Positions 30,075 through 39,251 of a DNA stretch of 64,000 nucleotides are shown here, piece by piece. Origin of the DNA: an uncultured Bacteroidales bacterium (GTDB lineage Bacteria; Bacteroidota; Bacteroidia; Bacteroidales; VadinHA17). Where the stretch lies: the NCBI GenBank assembly GCA_963772705.1, contig CAVYYH010000005.1, positions 290,428-354,427 of the forward strand. Direction: 5' to 3'. Below the pieces are notes generated by a model that did not search any database, was not told the origin of the DNA, and worked only from the letters and a program-made list of their open reading frames with translations. Made by a program: the position numbers and the translations under genes. Within the stretch, counting starts at the first letter, position 1, and each line of letters opens with the position of its first letter.

Positions 30075-30099
30075 ATGGTTGGTTGACCAGAAACACCCT

Positions 30100-30744
30100 A
30101 TGGCCGATTTCAGGTATAATTATATTGTAATAGAGGGCAATATCGGGGCCGGGAAGACTACCCTCGCCTCAATGATCGCAAAGGAGCACAATGCCAAGCT
30201 GATCCTTGAGCGCTTTGCCGATAATCCTTTTCTGCCGAAGTTCTACAGTGACCCAGCCCGGTTCTCCTTCCCGCTCGAGCTGTCGTTCCTTGCTGACAGG
30301 TACCGCCAGCTCAAGGAGGAGCTTGTTGAACAGGACCTCTTCAGGAGCTTCACTGTGGCAGACTATTACTTCATGAAGTCACTTGTATTTGCATCCTCAA
30401 CCCTCGAAAAGGATGAGTTCAGTCTTTACAGGCAGATTTTTTATATCATTTACGGCTCGCTTCCCAAACCTGACCTCTATGTATACCTCCATGTGCCTCC
30501 CGAAAGGCTGCTCCTTAATATTGCAATGAGGGGGAGAGAGTATGAGAAGTCTATTACTGCCGAGTATCTTTCAGGGATTCAGGAGAGTTATTTCACTTTT
30601 TTCAGGCAGAATCCTGAGAACCGGTATCTTATACTTGAAATCAACGATCTTGACTTTGTGCTGAGACCGGAAGATTACAGGAAAGTGACAGATGTGATAT
30701 TCAATGAGGTCATTGAGCCGGGGATGAATCTCCGCATTTTCTGA
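30100..30744 (+). CDS. deoxynucleoside kinase
   Basis: It has the P-loop IEGNIGAGKTTLA, the ERF..NPFL..FY block and the LSFLADRY/R-rich lid region. The track start at 30079 is a non-ATG codon overlapping the promoter. Confidence 0.85.
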   Translation: MADFRYNYIVIEGNIGAGKTTLASMIAKEHNAKLILERFADNPFLPKFYSDPARFSFPLELSFLADRYRQLKEELVEQDLFRSFTVADYYFMKSLVFASSTLEKDEFSLYRQIFYIIYGSLPKPDLYVYLHVPPERLLLNIAMRGREYEKSITAEYLSGIQESYFTFFRQNPENRYLILEINDLDFVLRPEDYRKVTDVIFNEVIEPGMNLRIF

Positions 30745-30785
30745 TTTTTTAATAGGATATTTGCAGTGAATGACTAAATTTATCT

Positions 30786-30793
30786 TAAATTTG
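30786..30793 (+). promoter_or_regulatory. -7 box TAAATTTG
   Basis: TAnnTTTG motif 73 nt upstream of ATG 30866. Confidence 0.45.
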
Positions 30794-30865
30794 CATCCGT
30801 ACAAAGAATTATGTAAACTTGTTATTAAAATCAAGTAACTGATCGCAACTAATAAAAGACCAATT

Positions 30866-32573
30866 ATGAAAAATTTCACCAGACTTTTTGTCCTTCTGCT
30901 GGCTGCCGCTGTAGTTTCAAGCTGCAGCAGCCTAGACAAGATGAAGAAAAATGCCAGCCTTGTCAAGTATGAGGTTACCCCTAAAGTGCTTGAAGCACAT
31001 GCCGGCAAGGTAGCTGCCGCAGTAAAAGCTACATATCCTGAGAAGTACTTTGACAAGAACACAACTCTGAAGATCACCCCGGTACTTGTGTATGAAGGTG
31101 GTGAGGTTGCCTTTGATGAGATGCTTTATGCCCAGGGTGAACTTGTTCAGGCCAACAACAAATCTGTAAGCTGGACTGGTGGCACTATCAACTGGAGTGG
31201 TGATGTAGACTACAAACCTGAGATGAAGGTATCAGAGTTCATGCTTCGCATCGAAGCATCGAGAAAAGGCAAGACTCTGGCATTCGATCCGATCAAGCTT
31301 GCTGATGGTGTAATTGCAACATCAACGCTGGTTGAATACCACGCCATGCCTCTGTTTTTGAAAGACAAATATCAGCGCGTTGTTCCGGAGCAGAAGATGG
31401 CTGATATTCTATATGCCATCAACAGGGCTGATGTCAGGCCTGCTGAACTTAAAGCCGCTGATATCCAGGCAATGAAGGATTATATTGCCATGGTAGCTCA
31501 GAATGAGAGAATGGAGATCAAGGGAGTTAACAGCAAGCTCATATGCTTCACCTGACGGTCCTCTGACACTTAACGAGAAACTTTCTCTTGACAGGGGCAA
31601 AGCCGCTGAGAAGTACCTCCAGAAGGAGTACGGCCAGATTCCTGAGCTCACAAATCTCTTCAGCACCAAGACAACACCCGAAGACTGGGATGGCTTCAAA
31701 GCCCTCGTTCAGGAGTCGTCAATAGCTGACAAGGAGCTTATCCTGAGAGTGCTTTCCATGTACCAGGATCCTGTTGTCCGCGAGAAAGAGATCAAGAACA
31801 TGTCAACCGCATACGAATCTCTTGCAGAAGAGATCCTTCCGCAGTTGAGAAGATCGAAGTTCATTGTTGACGTGAACCTTGTTGGCCTCAGTGATGAAGA
31901 GATACTGGCTGCCATGAAAGGTGATGCTTCGGCGCTCAGCCTTGAGCAGATGCTTTACTCTGCTTCACTTACGACAGACGTCAATGAGCAGCTGAAGTTC
32001 TACCAGATGGCAACAGTTAAGGAACCCAAGTGCTATCGCGCATGGAACAACGTAGGCTGGGCTTACCTTAACATGGGTAAGGCTGATGATGCAATGGTTG
32101 CTCTCGAGAAGGCCAAGGCACTCAAGAATGACGATATTGTCAAGAATAACATGGGCTTCGCCGCTCTTCTTAAAGGTGATTTCAAAGCTTCTGCAGAGTA
32201 TTTCAACTCAATGTCAGCTTCGACACCTGAATCAAGGTTCGGTCTCGGCACCATAGCCATTCATGACGGCAAATACGACCAGGCAGTCAACCTGCTCGGC
32301 GAGAAGCCATCCATGAACCTGGCTCTTGCCCAGCTTCTGAAGGGTGACTTCAACAAAGCAAAAGCCACGATGGATGTCGTCAAACCATGCAAATGCGGTG
32401 CTCCGTCATACCTGAAGGCTGTTATTGCTGCCCGTTCTGACAACAGGGACGGTGTGATGAACAACCTCCGTGAAGCTGTCGGATACAATGTCGTATGGAA
32501 GAATTACGCTCAGACAGACCTTGAGTTTGCAAAATTCTTCAACGATGAAACATTTGTGTCAATAACAAAATAA
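30866..32573 (+). CDS. lipoprotein with C-terminal TPR-like repeats, interrupted by one apparent frameshift
   Basis: Lipobox LLAAAVVSSC. ORFs 30866..31555 and 31503..32573 are collinear. Deleting one A of AA 31529-31530 reads ...MEIKGVTASSYASPDGPLTLNEKLSLDRGKAAEKYL... TPR-like helices follow (CYRAWNNVGWAYLNMGKADDAMVALEKAKAL). Confidence 0.6.
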
Positions 32574-32592
32574 GGGACACCAATAATAACAT

Positions 32593-32628
32593 AAACCCCG
32601 TCAGACATGATGCTGACGGGGTTTTTTT
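32593..32628. terminator. bidirectional Rho-independent terminator
   Basis: AAACCCCGTCAG (32593-32604) pairs with CTGACGGGGTTT (32613-32624), followed by a T-run. It lies between convergent genes. Confidence 0.8.
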
Positions 32629-33163
32629 ATTTGATATTGTTGATCCTGTGCGACAGATGCCAGAGCACTATGCCGGTGCTTACAGCAACATTGAATGAGT
32701 GCTTTGTGCCATACTGCGGTATCTCAATACAGACGTCCGACATACTGACAACCTCCTCAGATACGCCCCTGACCTCATGTCCAAAGACCAGGGCATACTT
32801 CTTCCCTTTTTCAGGGGTGAATTTATCAAGTGATACTGACCCTTCAGCCTGCTCCACCGAGACGATCATGAATCCGGATTCCCTGAGGTGCGTCACGGCG
32901 TCAATGGTTTTATCAAAGTGTCTCCACGTTACCGATTCGGTTGCTCCGAGGGCACTCTTCTGTATCTCCCTGTGAGGCGGTGTGGCGGTTATCCCGCACA
33001 GATACAGAGCCTCAACAATGAAGGCGTCAGCTGTCCGGAATATCGATCCTACGTTATTCAGGCTCCTTATGTTATCAAGAACGATGATGAAGGGGGACTT
33101 TTCAGAGGCATGGAATTCCGTGACGCTTTTCCTGTTCAGCTCCTCATTTGATAATTTCCTCAT
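32627..33163 (-). CDS. TrmH/SpoU family RNA 2'-O-methyltransferase
   Basis: 178 aa with SpoU motifs: NVGSIFRTADAF, ALVFGHEVRGVS, IPQYGTKHSFNVAVSTGIVLW. Confidence 0.8.
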   Translation of the reverse strand: MRKLSNEELNRKSVTEFHASEKSPFIIVLDNIRSLNNVGSIFRTADAFIVEALYLCGITATPPHREIQKSALGATESVTWRHFDKTIDAVTHLRESGFMIVSVEQAEGSVSLDKFTPEKGKKYALVFGHEVRGVSEEVVSMSDVCIEIPQYGTKHSFNVAVSTGIVLWHLSHRINNIK

Positions 33164-33262
33164 GGAAGAAAATTTTAACGAAAATAATTATAAAAAAGAG
33201 TAAATTACATTCCTTAAAATAATAACGGGATCAGATGAATCCCCGCCATAAAATATCTGAAT

Positions 33263-34453
33263 ATGAATATTCACGAATACCAGGGAAAATCGATCCTGCA
33301 GGTTCATGACGTGCCGGTGCAGGAGGGTTTTATTGCTGAGAATGCCGTTCATGCGAAGCTTGTTGCAGAAGAACTGCAGAAAAAGTTCGGCACAGAGATA
33401 TTTGTAATCAAGGCACAGATCCATGCCGGCGGAAGAGGCAAAGGGGGCGGTGTCAAGATCGCCCGGTCACCGGAAGAGGCAGCGGAAGTGGCATCGCGCA
33501 TGATAGGGATGACACTTGTGACGCCACAGACAGGCCCGGCAGGTAAACTGGTAAATAAGGTTCTGATAGCCCGTGATGTCTATTACAAGGGAGAATCGGA
33601 TATCAGAGAGTTTTATATGAGTATCCTCCTTGACCGCAAGAGATCGGCATATGTAATAATGTATTCAACCGAAGGGGGAATGGATATCGAAGAGGTGGCC
33701 GACAAGAAGCCGGAGGCGATCTTCACAGAGGTGATTGACCCTGCCACCGGGTTACTCGACTTTCAGATCCGTACAATCGCTTTCAATCTTGGGCTTCAGG
33801 GCAAAGCCTTTAAAGAGATGCTCCCCTTTGTAAGAAAACTGTGGAACGCATACGTCGCCTCAGATGCCTCGCTTATTGAAATCAACCCGCTGCTTAAGAC
33901 AAGTGATGACAGGATACTGGCTGTTGACTGCAAGGTGACACTTGATGACAATGCATTATTCCGTCACCCCGAGCTGGTTGCAATGAGAGACCTGAGCGAG
34001 GAGGATCCGACAGAGGTGGAAGCAACAGACCACAGCCTCAACTATGTAAAACTTGACGGTGATGTCGGGTGTATGGTCAACGGAGCAGGGCTGGCGATGG
34101 CAACGATGGACCTGATCCAGCTGTCAGGGGGTAAACCGGCTAACTTCCTCGATGTGGGAGGAGGAGCCAATGCAAAGACCGTTGAGGCCGGGTTCAGGAT
34201 AATTCTCAAAGACCCGAATGTCAGGGCAATCCTCGTAAATATCTTTGGAGGTATTGTAAGATGTGACCGCGTGGCATCAGGCATCATCGAGGCTTACAAG
34301 ACAATAGGTGACATCAGGGTCCCCGTGATAGTAAGGTTACAGGGGACAAATGCCATTGAGGCGAAGGATCTCATCGATAATTCAGGTCTTAAGGTGATTG
34401 CTGCAACTACCTTCACCGATGCGGCGGAAAAAGTCAGAATCGCATTGAGCTGA
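33263..34453 (+). CDS. sucC: succinate--CoA ligase (ADP-forming) beta subunit
   Basis: 396 aa: MNIHEYQGKSIL, AQIHAGGRGKGGGVK, the NPL...DCK block, GCMVNGAGLAMATMD, NFLDVGGGA. Confidence 0.92.
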   Translation: MNIHEYQGKSILQVHDVPVQEGFIAENAVHAKLVAEELQKKFGTEIFVIKAQIHAGGRGKGGGVKIARSPEEAAEVASRMIGMTLVTPQTGPAGKLVNKVLIARDVYYKGESDIREFYMSILLDRKRSAYVIMYSTEGGMDIEEVADKKPEAIFTEVIDPATGLLDFQIRTIAFNLGLQGKAFKEMLPFVRKLWNAYVASDASLIEINPLLKTSDDRILAVDCKVTLDDNALFRHPELVAMRDLSEEDPTEVEATDHSLNYVKLDGDVGCMVNGAGLAMATMDLIQLSGGKPANFLDVGGGANAKTVEAGFRIILKDPNVRAILVNIFGGIVRCDRVASGIIEAYKTIGDIRVPVIVRLQGTNAIEAKDLIDNSGLKVIAATTFTDAAEKVRIALS

Positions 34454-34545
34454 ACCTGCCTGAAACTGGCTTTTATCTGTTTCTGATATTGCCGTCAGGG
34501 TAACCTGAGAGCCTTTTATGTTTAATTTGCATCCACATTGGGGTG

Positions 34546-36558
34546 ATGAGAAGCTTGTATGCAGATATAATAATACCTGTTGCGGTCACCGGCAGTTACA
34601 CCTACGCCATCCCTACCCATCTCAGGGAGGAGGTTAGCCGGGGCAGCCTGGTGACAGTCCCTTTTGGCCAGAAAAAGAGTCATACAGGCCTGGTAATAAA
34701 GCTGCACGACGCAGCGCCGTCAGGATTCACGCCGAAGGAGATTACATCTCTCCTGGCTCCCCCGAATGCCATTGGAGACAGGCTGACAGACTTCGTCCTC
34801 TGGATATCTGATTATTATATGGCCCAGCAGGGCGAGGTGATGAAGGCTGCAATACCCACAGCCGAAAATCTTCGTGTCAGAAGGAAATCGAAGAAAAAGG
34901 ACACTACAGGAGGTTCAGAGGCGACAGCTACGGTTCCTCCCTACGACCTGACAACCACCCAGAGGGAGGCATATGAAAAGATCAACAGTCTCTTCGTTGA
35001 TCACGAGGTGGTATTGCTTCACGGCGTCACATCCAGCGGCAAGACTGAGATTTACATACATCTAATCAGCGAACAGCTCAGGAAGGGGAAACAGGTCCTC
35101 TATCTTCTTCCCGAGATAGCTCTTACCAGTCAAATAATTGAGCGTCTGCAGAGGCACCTGGGCGACACGATAGGTGTATATCATTCAAGGCTGACAAACG
35201 CGTCGCGCCGCGATGTCTGGACCAGGGTGAACAATGGAAGCCTTGGTGTTGTGCTGGGGGTACGTTCATCGCTTTTCCTTCCTTTCCGGGACCTGGGGCT
35301 GATCATTGTTGACGAGGAGCATGACCCGTCATACAAGCAGGTCGATCCCGCACCCCGTTATCATGCCCGTGATGCAGCCATGATGCTCAGCCGCCTGCAC
35401 GGAGGGGTGACGCTCCTCGGCTCTGCGACACCCTCTGTGGAGAGCTATCACAATGCCATGACAGGCAGGTACGGGCTGGTCGAGCTCATTACCCGCTATG
35501 GCGATGTGATGATGCCTGAAATGATGGTAGCAGATACAAGGAACCACGGAAAGAAGAAGGGGTCTCCGGCATATTTCACACCGCGCCTGCTGGAGGCCAT
35601 CAGCGAAGCCCTCTCAAGGGAAGAACAGGTGATACTCTTTCAGAACCGCCGCGGGTTCTCTCCCTATATCATGTGTTCAGATTGCGGCTGGGTACAGCGG
35701 TGCACAGGGTGCTCGGTAAGCACCACTTACCACAAGGGTATCGGAAGGATGGTCTGTCACTACTGCGGCAGGAGCGAACCGCTGCCCCGTGAGTGCCCTG
35801 AGTGTGGCTCTGTTGTGCTCTCTGCCAGGGGATTCGGCACAGAGAAGATAGAGGAGGAGATCAAGCTCCTCTTCCCCTCAGCCAGGGTGGCAAGGATGGA
35901 CCAGGATACAACACGCCTGAAGCATTCTTCATCTGAGATACTGTCAGACTTCGCCGCAGGAGCGACGGACATACTCATCGGCACACAGATGATCTCTAAA
36001 GGCCTTGACTTCGAAAGGCTTACCGTGGTTGGCATTCTTGACGCTGACAGCATGCTCTACTTCCCTGACTTCAGGGCTTTTGAACGCAGCTTCCAGCTGA
36101 TGGAGCAGGTCAGCGGCAGGTCAGGTCGCCGTGCAAAGAGGGGCAGGGTGATCATCCAGACCGCTGACCCCTCACACATTATACTCAGGCAGGTACTGAA
36201 ACATGACTATAAGGCAATGTATCGTATTCAGCTTGAGGAGCGTGAGCTGTTCGGATATCCCCCTTACACCAGAATCGTAAAGATAACATTGAAGCACCGC
36301 GACCTGCAGGAATTGAACGACTCCTCAGCGAGGCTGGCAGACAGGATGCGGAAGCGGCTGGGAAAATATGTCCTCGGACCTGAGTTCCCTCTCATCATGC
36401 AGGTACAGAAATGGTATATCAAGACCATTATGATCAAGCTGGGGAAAGAGCTCTCTGCCTCGAGAATAAAGGAGCTGATACGGAAGGCAATGGACGATGA
36501 GCTTAAAATGCAAAGAACAGGAGTTCTTCGAATCCATGCCGACGTAGACCCGCAATAG
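34546..36558 (+). CDS. priA: primosomal replication restart helicase PriA
   Basis: It has Walker A GVTSSGKTE, DEEH, and the Cys4 zinc modules CSDCGW..C..C and CHYCG...CPECG. ATG 34546 is preferred over GTG 34543. Confidence 0.88.
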   Translation: MRSLYADIIIPVAVTGSYTYAIPTHLREEVSRGSLVTVPFGQKKSHTGLVIKLHDAAPSGFTPKEITSLLAPPNAIGDRLTDFVLWISDYYMAQQGEVMKAAIPTAENLRVRRKSKKKDTTGGSEATATVPPYDLTTTQREAYEKINSLFVDHEVVLLHGVTSSGKTEIYIHLISEQLRKGKQVLYLLPEIALTSQIIERLQRHLGDTIGVYHSRLTNASRRDVWTRVNNGSLGVVLGVRSSLFLPFRDLGLIIVDEEHDPSYKQVDPAPRYHARDAAMMLSRLHGGVTLLGSATPSVESYHNAMTGRYGLVELITRYGDVMMPEMMVADTRNHGKKKGSPAYFTPRLLEAISEALSREEQVILFQNRRGFSPYIMCSDCGWVQRCTGCSVSTTYHKGIGRMVCHYCGRSEPLPRECPECGSVVLSARGFGTEKIEEEIKLLFPSARVARMDQDTTRLKHSSSEILSDFAAGATDILIGTQMISKGLDFERLTVVGILDADSMLYFPDFRAFERSFQLMEQVSGRSGRRAKRGRVIIQTADPSHIILRQVLKHDYKAMYRIQLEERELFGYPPYTRIVKITLKHRDLQELNDSSARLADRMRKRLGKYVLGPEFPLIMQVQKWYIKTIMIKLGKELSASRIKELIRKAMDDELKMQRTGVLRIHADVDPQ

Positions 36559-36599
36559 GAAAGGCAATGTGGTAAATAAACTATCATAAGTAAAAGATA

Positions 36600-38924
36600 A
36601 TGAAAGAGATAACATTGTTTTGTTTCAGCAGAGTATTACTGTTTGCACTTACGGTATCAATGGTGGCAACGGGATGCAGCACAGAATCTGAGACAACTTT
36701 TGAGCCGGCAGAATTGGCCAGTCCTCTCATGGGCACTGACTCTGAGTTTCTTCTGTCACACGGAAACACATATCCTGCCATTGCCCTCCCCTTCGGAATG
36801 AATTTCTGGACTCCTCAGACAAGGAAGAATGGCGACGGCTGGGCTTATGCCTATGATGATCATAAGATTGTCGGAATCAAGCAGACGCACCAGCCGAGCC
36901 CGTGGATCAATGACTATGCGGCATTCTCACTTATGCCTGTGACAGGGGGGAGCAGGATCACTGAAGATGAGCGGGCGTCATGGTTCTCTCATAAGGCAGA
37001 GGTTGTAAAACCTTATTACTACAGTGTATATCTTGCTGATCATGATGTTATTGCCGAGGTCACACCAACAGAGCGGGCCTCTCTTTTCCGTTTTACATTC
37101 CCTGCCGCCGACTCATCATCGGTTGTAATAGATGCCTTCGCCGGCGGATCAATGGTGGAGGTAATTCCGTCAGAGAGAAAGATCATTGGCTACTGCCGCA
37201 ACAATCACGGAGGTGTGCCTGAGAATTTTCACAATTATTTCGTTATAATCTTTGACCGTGAGTTCGATTTCTTCTCCACCTGGGTCGACGGTGAACTCTC
37301 TCCCGGCATCAGAGTGCAGGAGGGTGATCATGCAGGTGCCGTAATAGGATTTCATACTGAAAGAGGCGAGGTAGTCACAGCCAGGGTGGCATCGTCATTC
37401 ATTTCGCCTGAGCAGGCGCTGCTTAACCTTGAGCGTGAGACCGGCAGCCGCAGCTTTGATGAGATAAAGGAGGCTGGCCGAAACATATGGAACCGGGAGC
37501 TGGGACGCATCAGGGTGGAGGGCGGAAGTGACGATCAGGTTCGGACATTCTATTCCACCCTGTACCGTACCCTCCTCTTCCCGAGGATGTTTCATGAGGT
37601 TGACGCCGACGGCAAGATCATACATTACAGCCCATACAACGGGGAGATACGCCCCGGAAGGCTGTTCACCGATAACGGTTTCTGGGATACTTTCAGGGCT
37701 GCAATGCCTTTGATCACCCTGATGAATCCTGAGGTCAGCTCCCAGATCATGGAGGGGCTTGTCAATGCATATCTTGAGAGCGGCTGGCTCCCTGAATGGG
37801 CGAGTCCCGGCCACCGTGACTGCATGATAGGCAGTAACTCCGCGTCACTTATTGCAGATGCCTGGCTCAAGGGGATAAGAGGATATGAGATTGACACTCT
37901 CTGGAATGCCCTTGTAAAGAACACACAGGGTCATGGGCCTGTTCATTCAGTAGGCAGGTACGGAGCCGCTTATTATAATTCACTTGGATACGTCCCTTAT
38001 GATGTGGGCATCAATGAAAACGTGGCGCGTACCCTGGAATATGCTTACGCTGACTGGTGTCTCTGGAGGCTGGGCAGTGCCCTCGGCCGCCCTGAGGAGG
38101 AGATAAGTATGTATGCTGCCCGTGCACAGAACTACCGTAATGTGTTCGACAGGGAAAGCAGCCTTATGCGTGGGAAAAATGAGGATGGCACCTTCCAGTC
38201 GCCGTTCAGCCCGTACAAATGGGGTGACGCTTTTACGGAAGGGAACAGCTGGCACTATACCTGGAGCGTCTTTCAGGATATTGCCGGCCTCGCGGAGATG
38301 ATGGGAGGGCCGGAGAAGATGGCCGGGATGCTCGACTCCGTATTCATTGTGCCGCCCATCTTCGATGATTCATATTACGGATTCCCTATCCATGAGATAC
38401 GCGAGATGCAGATAATGAACATGGGTAACTATGCTCACGGTAACCAGCCGATACAGCATATGATATATCTCTACAACTATACTCCTGAGCCGTGGAAAAC
38501 ACAGATGAGAGTCAGGGAGGTAATGGATAAGCTCTATAACTATGCTCCTGACGGCTATTGTGGCGATGAAGATAACGGACAGACATCGGCATGGTATGTC
38601 TTCAGCGCCCTCGGGTTTTATCCGGTCACTCCTGGCACCGGGGAATATGTGCTTGGATCACCCCTGTTCAGAAAGGCAACAATCACCTTTGAGGATGGTA
38701 ATGTGATGGTCATTGAGGCACCGGCAAACAGCAGGGAGAATGTATACGTCGGGGAGGTGTCATTGAATGGCAGGAGGGTGGATGTAAACTACATCACACA
38801 TGAACAGTTGCAGAGTGGCGGAAAGCTGATGTTCGGGATGAGACCCGATCCGGATAAGTTGCGCGGAACAGCCGCAGAATCGCGGCCATACTCATTTTCT
38901 TCACCTGCTGCCGGTAAAGATTGA
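36600..38924 (+). CDS. GH92 family alpha-mannosidase (lipoprotein)
   Basis: 774 aa with lipobox VATGCST. GH92 blocks are present: HGNTYPAIALPFGMNFWTPQT, THQPSPWINDY, EGNSWHYTWSV, GDEDNGQTSAWYVFSALGFYPV. Confidence 0.9.
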   Translation: MKEITLFCFSRVLLFALTVSMVATGCSTESETTFEPAELASPLMGTDSEFLLSHGNTYPAIALPFGMNFWTPQTRKNGDGWAYAYDDHKIVGIKQTHQPSPWINDYAAFSLMPVTGGSRITEDERASWFSHKAEVVKPYYYSVYLADHDVIAEVTPTERASLFRFTFPAADSSSVVIDAFAGGSMVEVIPSERKIIGYCRNNHGGVPENFHNYFVIIFDREFDFFSTWVDGELSPGIRVQEGDHAGAVIGFHTERGEVVTARVASSFISPEQALLNLERETGSRSFDEIKEAGRNIWNRELGRIRVEGGSDDQVRTFYSTLYRTLLFPRMFHEVDADGKIIHYSPYNGEIRPGRLFTDNGFWDTFRAAMPLITLMNPEVSSQIMEGLVNAYLESGWLPEWASPGHRDCMIGSNSASLIADAWLKGIRGYEIDTLWNALVKNTQGHGPVHSVGRYGAAYYNSLGYVPYDVGINENVARTLEYAYADWCLWRLGSALGRPEEEISMYAARAQNYRNVFDRESSLMRGKNEDGTFQSPFSPYKWGDAFTEGNSWHYTWSVFQDIAGLAEMMGGPEKMAGMLDSVFIVPPIFDDSYYGFPIHEIREMQIMNMGNYAHGNQPIQHMIYLYNYTPEPWKTQMRVREVMDKLYNYAPDGYCGDEDNGQTSAWYVFSALGFYPVTPGTGEYVLGSPLFRKATITFEDGNVMVIEAPANSRENVYVGEVSLNGRRVDVNYITHEQLQSGGKLMFGMRPDPDKLRGTAAESRPYSFSSPAAGKD

Positions 38925-39002
38925 GAAAGACACAAGATCGCGGAGATGGTGTCAGGATCAAGGAAGTAATCTGCATCATTTTGTTTTTCCTTAACTTTGA
39001 TA

Positions 39003-39010
39003 TAACTTTG
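39003..39010 (+). promoter_or_regulatory. -7 box TAACTTTG (second identical box at 38992-38999) upstream of the GRE operon
   Basis: Two TAnnTTTG motifs 11 bp apart, about 240 nt upstream of ATG 39252. Confidence 0.45.
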
Positions 39011-39251
39011 CATTGGTATTATCAGCCATCAGGCTGAAGGTATCACACTGCACACTATGGGTAAAATGGAACAAGTATTTTGCTTCCCGAACCTCACCAG
39101 GAACTACAGGCGTCTGTTTGAGTGCCTGATGTTTTACAATTAAACTCTTCCCGGAGAAATAACCTGAGGGTTATGAGGTGAAGCCATTGTCACCGGCCGT
39201 CATCATTCTTTCTGACCTGCAATTACATTTCACATTTATTAAGCCGAAACC

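Noticed and set aside
33263-34453. sucC without an adjacent sucD as an anomaly
   Set aside because: From memory, unlinked sucC and sucD are common in Bacteroidota. sucC is intact with its own flanks, so there is nothing to suggest a rearrangement.
39057-39143. Calling the 28-codon leader ORF a gene
   Set aside because: There is no homology or conservation evidence and it is below the reliable size. It is kept only as an observation in the leader finding.
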